From positions 11,859 to 75,858 of the forward strand of contig JBMOLL010000040.1 of NCBI GenBank assembly GCA_049325415.1: a DNA stretch of 64,000 bases, read 5' to 3'. Positions 36,769 through 45,075 of this stretch are shown in pieces. Position numbers and translations under genes: made by a program. The DNA comes from Bacteroidota bacterium (GTDB taxonomy: Bacteria; Bacteroidota; Bacteroidia; Bacteroidales; GCA-2748055). Below the pieces are notes generated by a model that was not told where the DNA came from, made no database searches, and saw only the letters and a program-made list of their open reading frames with translations. Positions within the stretch are counted from its first letter, which is position 1. Each line of letters opens with the position of its first letter.

Positions 36769-37698
36769 ATGGAAGAGATTTTTGATGTGATGATCATCGG
36801 CGGGGGGGCAGCCGGTCTTACTGCCGGGATCTACAGTTCCAGGGCCCGGCTCAGCACCCTGATCCTCAACGAAGGCGCCGTTGGCGGACAGATGGTTCTG
36901 ACCAATGAAATAGCCAATTACCCGGGAGTTGAAACCACCAAAGGTTACCTGCTGGCCGGAATCATGAAAGACCAGGCAAAAAGCTTTGGCTGCCAGATCA
37001 AAACCAATGTCAAAATTACGGGCTATGAGCTGGAAGGCGAAGTGAAAAAAGTTTTGCTGGAGGATGGACGGCGTTTTTCAGCCCGAACGGTGATCCTCGC
37101 TCCCGGTGGCCGCCCCCGTTCACTCAACATTCCCGGCGAGGAAGAATTCAAAGGAACCGGTATATCCTACTGCGCCACCTGCGACGGTGAGTTTTTTACC
37201 GGGAAAGAACTGGTTGTTATCGGGGGAGGAAACTCCGCCCTCGAAGAAGCCGATGCCCTCACCACCTATGCCTCTAAAGTAACCATTGTTCATCAGTTCG
37301 ACCATTTTCAGGCCTTCGAACATGCCGTTCAGGTTGCAAGGAATAACCCGAAGATTGATTTTATAATGGAGTCGGAACCCAGAGGCTTCTTTGGTAACGG
37401 CCAGCTGGAAAAAGTTGCTATCGAACACCTGCCAAGCGGGAATATCTCGGAAGTTAAGGTTGGAGGTGCTTTTATTTTCGTGGGATATCTCCCCAATACC
37501 GAAAGTCTCAAGGGTATTGTTCAGATGAATGAAAGAAATGAGATAGTGGTGGACAGCGATATGAAGACAAATATTCCCGGCGTTTTTGCTGCCGGCGACT
37601 GTATCAACAAACGCTACAGACAGGTTACGACAGCAGTGGCAGAAGGAACCATCGCGGCACTGAGTGCCGCAGAATTTCTGAGAAACCGGCCAAAATGA
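36769..37698 (+). CDS. Thioredoxin-reductase-like flavoprotein lacking the NADPH 2'-phosphate motif
   Basis: 309 aa. FAD motif VMIIGGGAAGLTAG and redox-active CATCDG. GGGNSALEEA is followed by VHQFDHFQA where E. coli TrxB and the paralogue at 54305-55306 have HRRDxFRA / VRRDELRA. Confidence 0.85.
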   Translation: MEEIFDVMIIGGGAAGLTAGIYSSRARLSTLILNEGAVGGQMVLTNEIANYPGVETTKGYLLAGIMKDQAKSFGCQIKTNVKITGYELEGEVKKVLLEDGRRFSARTVILAPGGRPRSLNIPGEEEFKGTGISYCATCDGEFFTGKELVVIGGGNSALEEADALTTYASKVTIVHQFDHFQAFEHAVQVARNNPKIDFIMESEPRGFFGNGQLEKVAIEHLPSGNISEVKVGGAFIFVGYLPNTESLKGIVQMNERNEIVVDSDMKTNIPGVFAAGDCINKRYRQVTTAVAEGTIAALSAAEFLRNRPK

Positions 37699-37713
37699 CC
37701 GGTTTATTTTTTT
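37683..37713 (+). terminator. Rho-independent terminator of the nifX-like/trx/trxR-like operon
   Basis: AAACCGG-ccaaaatga-CCGGTTT followed by A + T7. Overlaps the stop codon. Confidence 0.7.
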
Positions 37714-38296
37714 AACTGAGAATCATTTCCTCCCTCAGACGATTCAGAACAGAGGTGGTAATTCCGAGGTAAGAGGCAATCTGACTGCTCTGGGCATAAC
37801 GGAATATATCCGGTTGCTCCGAAAGCAGTTTCCGGTAACGTGCTTCTTCGGTATCGCTGAGCAGACCAATCAATCTTTGTTTCATCCTGTTATACCCGTC
37901 AAGGATCAGCAAACGGCAGAATTCCCTGAATTCAACAGAACTATGGTACCTGTTTTCGATTTCCTCCCAGGAAATCACCCAGCCCGAACACTCGGTAAGT
38001 GTCTGAAAAGTTTCAGTAGAAGGTTGCTGGGAAAAAAAAGTATTGAAATCGTTCAGAAAACATTTCGGCGAGTATATCCCTGTGGTCAGTTCAAGGCCCT
38101 TGCTGTCATTCATAAACGACCTGACATATCCTTCCTCAAGAAAATAGGCGTGCCGGTCAAGGCGCTGTTCCTCAATAAGATATTCGCCACTCTGAAAGAT
38201 AACCGGCTTGAAGCCATAGGAAATCTCCATGGCCTTCTCCCTGGAGACCTTGTAAATCGACTGGATATAGGCTATAAAGACTTTCTTGTTTGTCAT
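37712..38296 (-). CDS. Crp/Fnr-family transcriptional regulator (no Cys cluster)
   Basis: cNMP-binding-like barrel plus a C-terminal HTH (SSQIASYLGITTSVLNRLR). Start moved to MTNKK. Confidence 0.75.
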   Translation of the reverse strand: MTNKKVFIAYIQSIYKVSREKAMEISYGFKPVIFQSGEYLIEEQRLDRHAYFLEEGYVRSFMNDSKGLELTTGIYSPKCFLNDFNTFFSQQPSTETFQTLTECSGWVISWEEIENRYHSSVEFREFCRLLILDGYNRMKQRLIGLLSDTEEARYRKLLSEQPDIFRYAQSSQIASYLGITTSVLNRLREEMILS

Positions 38297-38608
38297 AACA
38301 TCCTGTTTCTGTAAGCTCATACGGTTCAATGTAAACCGCAGATCCGCATGAGTTTGTCAACACACGGAGAAACGAAATTAAAGCTTAAATTCCTATCTCC
38401 GAAAGAACAGAACAGGCCTTTGATGACGGCACCTTTTAAGGCATTGAACGCGGTATGGATGTGGCCGACCGGAGGCGGAAGTGACTAATGGATGATTGGG
38501 ATTTTAATCACACTTTTCAACATCTTAGTCACAGTTTATTAACATTTCGTCAAACCTATTTTTTCAGTCCTGGTCCGTTGAAATGAACGGTCCTGCTGAT
38601 ATCCAGGG

Positions 38609-39031
38609 CTATTTCAGTGTTTTCTTACATTCAACAATTTTCATCAGCACGGGCACCTGCTCCGGTTCCTGCAGATTGATCACCAGGGGAAGCAGTTTAC
38701 CTACCGGCGCATTCGCCCTGAACCCGCTTTTAATCGTTTCAGGGATATCCAGCTCTTCAACTTTCGGAGCCGTCTTCTCCGTAAAATAGAAAGCCACAGT
38801 TGCATAGCCGTCCCAGACCGATAACCAGCACAGGTTTTTCTTTTTAAAAAGGTGCTTTCTGAGCCAGGAATGGCCATCGCGATAATAGTTCCATTCGGGC
38901 TCAATGCCCGAATCAGGGTCTGTCAGCATCCCGGTAAATTCGCGGAATGCCGGATAGGCTTTTCCCAGTATTTTTTCCAGAAGTTCATCGGAAGGATAAA
39001 CAGCAGGGTCATTCAACAGAGGTTGTTCCAT
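38609..39031 (-). CDS. DUF3788-like small protein
   Basis: 140 aa. EPEWNYYRDGHSWLRKHLFKKKNLCWLSVWDGYATVAFYF resembles DUF3788 proteins (from memory). Confidence 0.55.
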   Translation of the reverse strand: MEQPLLNDPAVYPSDELLEKILGKAYPAFREFTGMLTDPDSGIEPEWNYYRDGHSWLRKHLFKKKNLCWLSVWDGYATVAFYFTEKTAPKVEELDIPETIKSGFRANAPVGKLLPLVINLQEPEQVPVLMKIVECKKTLK

Positions 39032-39110
39032 CTATATCAGGTTTATAGTTTAAAAATCTATTCTTTCCCTAACAAACCGTTCAGCCCATCCTGCTGCCCT
39101 TATCCTGCCT

Positions 39111-39217
39111 CCCCTCTCTCACCTCTATCACCTTTCTCACCTTTCTCACCTTTCTCACTTTTCTCACTCCTCACTCCTCACTCATCACTCATCCCGCGTC
39201 TCGCGTCTCGCATCTCG
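39111..39217. repeat. Composite 9-mer/7-mer array, inverse orientation of the 20324-20512 module
   Basis: (tcacctttc)x3 tcacttttc (tcactcc)x2 (tcactca)x2 tcccgcg tctcgcg tctcgca tctcg, then A9. The reverse complement reads [GAGAYGC]n then [GTGAKGA]n, the same order as at 20.3 kb. Confidence 0.95.
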
Positions 39218-39298
39218 AAAAAAAAAGACACAAAGGTGTAACGCTAAGGTTCAAAGACTCAAAGGCGCTAAACATCGCATAAAAGGTAAACTCCCCCG

Positions 39299-39450
39299 TC
39301 ACTCCTCACTCATCACTCATCACTCCTCTCGTTCCACCCGCCGAAGCCTCTGGCGAAGGCAGGCGTCTCCCGTCTCCCATCTCGCGTTTCGCACAACTCG
39401 TAACCCGTAACCCGTAACCCGCCACTCCTCACTCCTCACTCCTCACTCCC
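39299..39450. repeat. Second mosaic of heptamer arrays (TCACTCM, CGTCTCC, CGTAACC, CCTCACT) around a 19-mer shared with locus 20734-20752
   Basis: tcactcc tcactca tcactca tcactcc ... ccgaagcctctggcgaagg ... cgtctcc cgtctcc catctcg cgtttcg ... (cgtaacc)x3 ... (cctcact)x3. It ends at the stop codon of gene 39451-41145. Confidence 0.9.
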
Positions 39451-41145
39451 CTACCTGTACCTGTACAACTTCAGGAACTGTATCCCCGTCTCACCGGCCG
39501 GGATCCTCAGGTGCCGTCCCTGATGGCTCTGGTCTCCGTTCAACCGGCGGACCGGCATCCATATCCCGTTTTCCATTGTTCCCTCATCAATTTTTTCAAT
39601 GCCTGTAAGGTATCCGTCCTGATCCGGAGGAAAGGTGAGAACGATCCCATCGCCGGCAACGAAATATTTTCCCTCCCCGGTACAAATGATCAGGCCTCCT
39701 TTAACTGGCCAGGTTTCTTCAGCAGCTCCAGCGTCCCATCCGAGGGTATAATCGTGCTTCGCGATTATGGTAAAACCACCAAGGACGATCGTATCTGCCG
39801 GATGCTCCCTGTCGAACAGGAAACCTCTCATGGTGCCTTTGCCCTGATTTTCAAGGATCAGGGGAGCCAGCTGTGAAAGAACCGAATAAGTATTGGTCAT
39901 GGGTTCCTTCACGAGATCGGAAGTCGATTCAATGAAAAAAGGGCTGAAACCCAGGGCATCATAATTCCCGATAGAGAAGAAAGCCTTTGGTCCGCAGGCA
40001 GTTTCATAGCCGCCCGGGATCTGTTCGTAACGGACTTCCGGAAGAAAAAGGGCATTCCCGTCGCGCTTGTACAAACCGGCCCAGTGCCGGAAATCGGCAA
40101 AATATATATCGGGAGCCAGCAGATCAACCGAAGGAGCCGCTACCTTCCATATATCCATCAGGTGAGGCAAGGGACCGGCGGAAGGATATTGCCCGGGAAG
40201 CCAGCCAGGACGGTTCAGCGCGGCATTCACATAGGCCGGGATCGGATAAACAGCTTTCCCTGCCGCAGTGATCTGTTCCATATAACGACCAAAATACCAG
40301 GCCATGAAGATCTCTTCCGTAGCCAGATCGTCGCCGAAAACCTCCTTCCATGAGCCCCTTGTCCGGGAGCCGTGATCCCTCCATTTTTCCCTGATTTCAG
40401 GAGCATAGAGGGTCGACGAAGATTGGATATAACGGATCAGCTCTCCGGGTACTTCATTGTTATAGGCGCTGTTGGCTGCCGGGCTGTGGTCTCTTGCATC
40501 GGGCAGCATACCGATCTCATTTTCAACCTGCATCATGATCACCGTATGTTCGTTCCCGTCAAACTCCCTGATAAACTTCATCAAAGCCGTATAGGCCTGT
40601 TTATCGGCGACGAGATTTCTGAGTTCGAAGGGACTCAGGATCTCCACTGCTTTACCGTTACGGTCACAGGCCCTGGGGAAACGCCTGTAATCCTCTTTTA
40701 CCCAGCCCGGAGCATAGCACGACATGCTATTCTTCCAGCTACCGAACCATAACAGGACCAGTTTCATCTGGTTCTGACGGGCATCAACGATCAGATCCCT
40801 GACCAGGTTAAAGTCGAATCTCCCCTCTTCCGGCTCAATCAGTTCCCAATAGACCGGAGCCAGGACTGTATTCAGCCTGTTTTGCCGCAACACCGGCCAC
40901 AGCTCTTTCATGTATTCCGTGGAGGACGAACTGGAGTTCCCCAGCTCACCGCCCAGCATCAGAAAGGGCTTGCCACCGACAATGAGCCGCTGGGTATTCC
41001 CCCGTACTTCAAGGTGCGGGGGAGCTGCCTGCTTCTGGGCAGAAAGAATACCAGGAGAGGTTTGAAATAAAAGGATGAACAGGAGGCATAACCCGGTATG
41101 GCACAGGCGGGTTGAGGGGAATTCGCTTTTGAATGTTGTTTTCAT
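39451..41145 (-). CDS. Secreted GH35/GH42-like TIM-barrel glycoside hydrolase (DUF5597-type C-terminus)
   Basis: 564 aa with a signal peptide. [15 protein letters not shown] and [10 protein letters not shown] (acid/base Glu context), as in clan GH-A beta-galactosidase-like enzymes. Confidence 0.7.
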   Translation of the reverse strand: MKTTFKSEFPSTRLCHTGLCLLFILLFQTSPGILSAQKQAAPPHLEVRGNTQRLIVGGKPFLMLGGELGNSSSSSTEYMKELWPVLRQNRLNTVLAPVYWELIEPEEGRFDFNLVRDLIVDARQNQMKLVLLWFGSWKNSMSCYAPGWVKEDYRRFPRACDRNGKAVEILSPFELRNLVADKQAYTALMKFIREFDGNEHTVIMMQVENEIGMLPDARDHSPAANSAYNNEVPGELIRYIQSSSTLYAPEIREKWRDHGSRTRGSWKEVFGDDLATEEIFMAWYFGRYMEQITAAGKAVYPIPAYVNAALNRPGWLPGQYPSAGPLPHLMDIWKVAAPSVDLLAPDIYFADFRHWAGLYKRDGNALFLPEVRYEQIPGGYETACGPKAFFSIGNYDALGFSPFFIESTSDLVKEPMTNTYSVLSQLAPLILENQGKGTMRGFLFDREHPADTIVLGGFTIIAKHDYTLGWDAGAAEETWPVKGGLIICTGEGKYFVAGDGIVLTFPPDQDGYLTGIEKIDEGTMENGIWMPVRRLNGDQSHQGRHLRIPAGETGIQFLKLYRYR

Positions 41146-41299
41146 GGATTACAGCTCTGGGTAAATGTTCCTGAAATCAATTTCACAGGAGGATAAACAG
41201 TCATCTGAAAATCAGATGGACTTCAAAATAGCACTTTTATAAGGAATATCAAAAACAAATTCCTTTAACGGGATGTACAGGGCTTCCGCAAGCGCTCTG

Positions 41300-42439
41300 T
41301 TATCGTTTCCTGATCTCCGAGCGCCGGTATCCCGACACGTTCAGCTTGCTGTCCTGATTTGGATTATACGACTGATTATCCGTGTAAATTACATCTCCCC
41401 TGTCGTTCTCCCAGCGGTAGCCCCATTCATTCGAGCCCCGCTCGGTCTCCCCGGTCCAGGGATTTACATAATCCTCCTGTCCGGTAAGGTTGAGATACAT
41501 GTCGTTGTTGATCTCTGAATTGGTATTCGCCCGGTGTTCGCTGATCTCCTTTTCGATCCGGGCGATATCCTGCTGGGTCTGCAGTACGATCTGCCCGTTC
41601 ACCTGCTGGCTTTTTATTTCCCTGACCAGCCAGTCGGTATTGATCTTTACGGATTGCCCGATCGTGGCAAAAACCGGCGACATTTTCTCAAAACTCCCTT
41701 TCTCAGCCCGCACATACCACATCTCCTTATTCCCCCAGAGCCCGTTACCCAGCTGTCCGTAATCTTCAATCACACAGTACATTTTCTCGAGATATGCAAT
41801 ACCGTTTTCCGAATATTCAAGGGTAATAACAGCCACCTGGTAGCCAAAGGCATAACCCGGGATCATCTGAGCCGACAGATTGCGGTAGCGCTCTGCCAGA
41901 CCGGGCATCGGCGAAACGGAAGTAATCCTGACATTCTGCGCTGCCGGATGGGCAAAAGGAACAGCCACCTGTGCCACGAACTGCTCCGGGGCAGAAAGCG
42001 GCCACACCAGCATTCCGTTGTAATTGCTGCCGTAGGGGTACATCCCCCCGATAAGATTATTTGTCGGGCAGCGCTGAATATCAAAGAAACGCGTGTCGGG
42101 CAACCAGCCGAGTTCAGCTTTTTTATCCGGGGAACTTAACTTCATATACAGTTTTGCCTCAATGGCATTACCAGCACCTCCCGCGGCACCCGGATCAACC
42201 CGGGTTATACCTCCCGTGACCGTCCAGCCCACCGGTTTCAGAAATGTGAAGGCGTTTTCATTGGGTTCAGCAGTCCTGACAAAGCGGACCTCAGCCGGGA
42301 CCTGCCTTGTGGCATAGCACATACTGCTGTCCATAGCCACTGCCGAAAGGAAGGGCGAAAGGATAATCAGCAGAAGCAGAAAAAGAAAGAGCTTATTGTT
42401 TTTCAATTGGATGAGGGATAAAGAATTAAATACATACAA
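41300..42439 (-). CDS. Secreted protein of unknown function
   Basis: 379 aa with a hydrophobic N-terminus (LFLFLLLLIILSPFLSAVA). No family recognised. Long uninterrupted ORF with ordinary composition. Confidence 0.55.
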   Translation of the reverse strand: MYVFNSLSLIQLKNNKLFLFLLLLIILSPFLSAVAMDSSMCYATRQVPAEVRFVRTAEPNENAFTFLKPVGWTVTGGITRVDPGAAGGAGNAIEAKLYMKLSSPDKKAELGWLPDTRFFDIQRCPTNNLIGGMYPYGSNYNGMLVWPLSAPEQFVAQVAVPFAHPAAQNVRITSVSPMPGLAERYRNLSAQMIPGYAFGYQVAVITLEYSENGIAYLEKMYCVIEDYGQLGNGLWGNKEMWYVRAEKGSFEKMSPVFATIGQSVKINTDWLVREIKSQQVNGQIVLQTQQDIARIEKEISEHRANTNSEINNDMYLNLTGQEDYVNPWTGETERGSNEWGYRWENDRGDVIYTDNQSYNPNQDSKLNVSGYRRSEIRKR

Positions 42440-42695
42440 AAACTGTATACGAATTTATGAAATAATCCTGATCTACTGCATGTCAGAAAATTAATCTCAA
42501 ATCAGACAATTTTCTAATGCAATGCAATAGAAAATGAAGAGACGAAAAAACTCTAATGCATAAAATGGGTTAATTGGAAATACCCCACTTTTTATTAAAA
42601 TCTAAAAGAAAGCCAAAGCTGTATAATTACAACTGTATATGAATCTGACCATGAAAACGTGGAAATAAATCATATAGAAGTACATGAAATCCATA

Positions 42696-42869
42696 GTCAG
42701 AAACCCGACAGACAGTCCTTCGACTCGTAACTCGATAAACTCGTTACTTCGCTCTCCGCGTGCCGCCGTAGCTTCAGCGGAGGGGCAGGAACCTGTACAC
42801 AAAATTCTTCGTCAGAAACCCGACATGCAATCCTTCGACTCGTAACTCGATAAACTCGTTACTTCGCTC
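42696..42869. repeat. Two copies of a 59-bp direct repeat (period 115 bp)
   Basis: GTCAGAAACCCGACA..CA.TCCTTCGACTCGTAACTCGATAAACTCGTTACTTCGCTC at 42696-42754 and 42811-42869. The two differ at about 3 positions. Confidence 0.9.
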
Positions 42870-42942
42870 AGGAACCGACGCATAGAGTTAGGGGTGGTAA
42901 ACCTCGACAGGCTCGGTTTACCATCGCTGGATCGAGCTGGTT

Positions 42943-43113
42943 GGTGAGCGAAGTCGAACCACTGTCGAGATCCCTTTCCTGATTTTTATAACACCGGTTC
43001 CTGAGCGCCGTGGTGAGCTTGTCGAACCACAAGTCGAAGGACCTCTTCATCCTGTGAGCATAGCCTTTCATTAGGGCGAACAATGGTGAGTTTGCCGAAC
43101 CACAAGCCGAAGG
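42943..43113. repeat. Three copies of a ~29-bp unit GGTGAGYKWGYCGAACCAC(AAGYCGAAGGA), period ~70 bp
   Basis: Copies at 42943-42970, 43012-43041 and 43085-43113. Also a 13-bp perfect inverted repeat CGCTCAGGAACCG / CGGTTCCTGAGCG (42865-42877 / 42995-43007) and the hairpin GGTAAACC-n11-GGTTTACC (42896-42922). Confidence 0.85.
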
Positions 43114-43485
43114 ATTGAAGAAAAACAATCGTCAGTCTAATAATGTGTTGGGTGATTAAATTATATACTTGAATTATAAAAAAATGATACAAAAATCTAT
43201 TGAGAATGATAAGACCATCCAAACTGATTCAAGTAGTTCGCCTTCCCGAGTTATCGGGAAACGCAATTTCTTCGGCTCTTAGTGAATAATTTGGGATAAA
43301 CCCATTTTATGCATCAAAAAAGTCACAATGTATAAAAAACCAGAGTCTGGACACACCTCACTTTTCCGGTACGTTTAAATATCTATCTCTTCAGCCTGGG
43401 ACTCAGCCAATAATCCTGCTCTATCAGTCTTTATTATTTGGGTAAGTCCAAAGAACCTTAAATATTTGCCCGGCTCCCTTCTCAG

Positions 43486-44829
43486 CTACTCTTCTTCCGG
43501 CTTCTTTCCCTCCCAGAACAACTCTTCCCGGATATCTCCGATCCGCTGCTTCGCATAATCGTAATACGAGATGGTGGTTCCCTCAGAATAGACCTTGCCC
43601 GGTTTAAAATTGTCTCCTTTCGGACGGGTCTCCAGGAAACGGTTATAATAGTCCAGTGCCTTTCCCCGGTCGCGGATCCAGACATCGTAATGACTGGCAA
43701 TACGGAAAAGCAGCAGGGTGTCGCCGGGTGTGAGTTCCATCGCTTTCATATAATCAGCGAGCGCTTCATCGTAGCGGTAAAAGCCGGTATTTGCGGCAGC
43801 AAGGTCCTGGTAGATCCTGGAAAGCAGATCCGGTGGCGGGGTCAGCAGGGCTATCGATTTCTTCAGGTAACCAATCCCCCTTTCCCGATAAAATGCCTTG
43901 TCGCAGGCCAGGCCGAGGATATAGGACAATTCGGCATCGGCTGTATCGGTGAGAAAGGCCCTTTCAAGGTATTTCATGGCGCTGTCGTATTCTTCCGTTT
44001 TAAAATAGCTGAAGCCGATATATTTATTTGTAAACTCTGAAATATCATTTAATGCCAGACATTTTTCAAAGGTCTGCACGGCATTCCCAAAGTCATTGCC
44101 CAGAAAATACAGGTAACCGTGCAATTTAAGCATCCGCAGATTCAGGGAGTCCTGACCCAGGTGATGACCGGTAACAACCAGCGCACTGTCGTACAACTCC
44201 TTATCCCTGTACATAACGGCCAGGCGGTAGGAAGTCTGCAGATCGATCCGGGTAGCCTCCACCGCCTTCCTGTACATTAAAATGGCCGAATCGGTCTGTT
44301 CCAGGTTATCGTAGCAGCGGCCGGTCTGTTTTAAAAGGTAGTAAGAGGAATCAAGGCTGAGCGCCTGCCTGTAACAGGCCAGCGCTCCCGTAAAATGATC
44401 GTCCTGGAAATATGCATCAGCCATTTTTTGAAGGAAAAAGGCGTTTTGCGGACTTATCTCCAGTGCACGCCGGTAATATTCCCGGGCCCCTGCCTGATCT
44501 CCCATCGACCCATAGCAGGATCCCAGTTCAGACAGGACCTGGATGTCTGTCGTGTCAGAATCAAACAGGATCCTGTATTGCCGGGCCGCCTCCGGGTAAC
44601 GGTTCAGGCCTTTGTACAATTTTGCCTTTAAAGCTGTATAATCAACAGTTCGCCCTGCACACTCCAGACTGTCAATATATGCGAGCGCCCTTTCATACTC
44701 AAATTGATCCACAAGTGCAGAAAGGCGGCTATCCTCCTGACTGTAGACCGACACCGCACCAAGCATAAAAACCGTAATAATTGCCTTTGCCAGATACGAA
44801 CGCTTCTGTAGGCACCATGTCCTTATCAT
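43486..44829 (-). CDS. Tetratricopeptide-repeat protein (exported)
   Basis: 447 aa with an N-terminal hydrophobic segment. Multiple TPR-like A..Y......P.. helices (e.g. AREYYRRALEISPQNAFFLQKMADAY). Confidence 0.7.
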   Translation of the reverse strand: MIRTWCLQKRSYLAKAIITVFMLGAVSVYSQEDSRLSALVDQFEYERALAYIDSLECAGRTVDYTALKAKLYKGLNRYPEAARQYRILFDSDTTDIQVLSELGSCYGSMGDQAGAREYYRRALEISPQNAFFLQKMADAYFQDDHFTGALACYRQALSLDSSYYLLKQTGRCYDNLEQTDSAILMYRKAVEATRIDLQTSYRLAVMYRDKELYDSALVVTGHHLGQDSLNLRMLKLHGYLYFLGNDFGNAVQTFEKCLALNDISEFTNKYIGFSYFKTEEYDSAMKYLERAFLTDTADAELSYILGLACDKAFYRERGIGYLKKSIALLTPPPDLLSRIYQDLAAANTGFYRYDEALADYMKAMELTPGDTLLLFRIASHYDVWIRDRGKALDYYNRFLETRPKGDNFKPGKVYSEGTTISYYDYAKQRIGDIREELFWEGKKPEEE

Positions 44830-44833
44830 ACTT

Positions 44834-44875
44834 CAACTAAATTTTTAGTTAAAAGTACAACTAAAGTTTTAGTTG
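44834..44875. promoter_or_regulatory. Twin palindromic operator-like sites CAACTAAA-N-TTTTAGTT(G), 24 bp centre to centre
   Basis: caactaaatttttagtt (44834-44850) and caactaaagttttagttg (44858-44875). They lie in the divergent region between the TPR gene (start 44829) and tolC (45076). Confidence 0.5.
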
Positions 44876-45075
44876 ATCAATAGGCTGTCCCCGTTTTTCT
44901 TCATGAAAATTGAAAAAAACTCAGAATCCTAACTCAGAGTGCGCAAAATTGATCTCTCGCTGCACCGGATGAAGAGGAAAAATCAGCCCGTTCATCGACA
45001 GAATCACACTGTACGTCGACTACACTTTTTGATTGCGCAAGCCTTCAATAGTTTTGTGCCAACATTCATTTTAAG

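Larger units (their letters stand above)
42556..43314. repeat. 759-bp non-coding module bounded by a perfect 16-bp inverted repeat (MITE-like outline)
   Basis: ATGCATAAAATGGGTT at 42556-42571 and its exact reverse complement at 43299-43314. The interior contains only repeats and hairpins, with no credible ORF. Confidence 0.6.
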
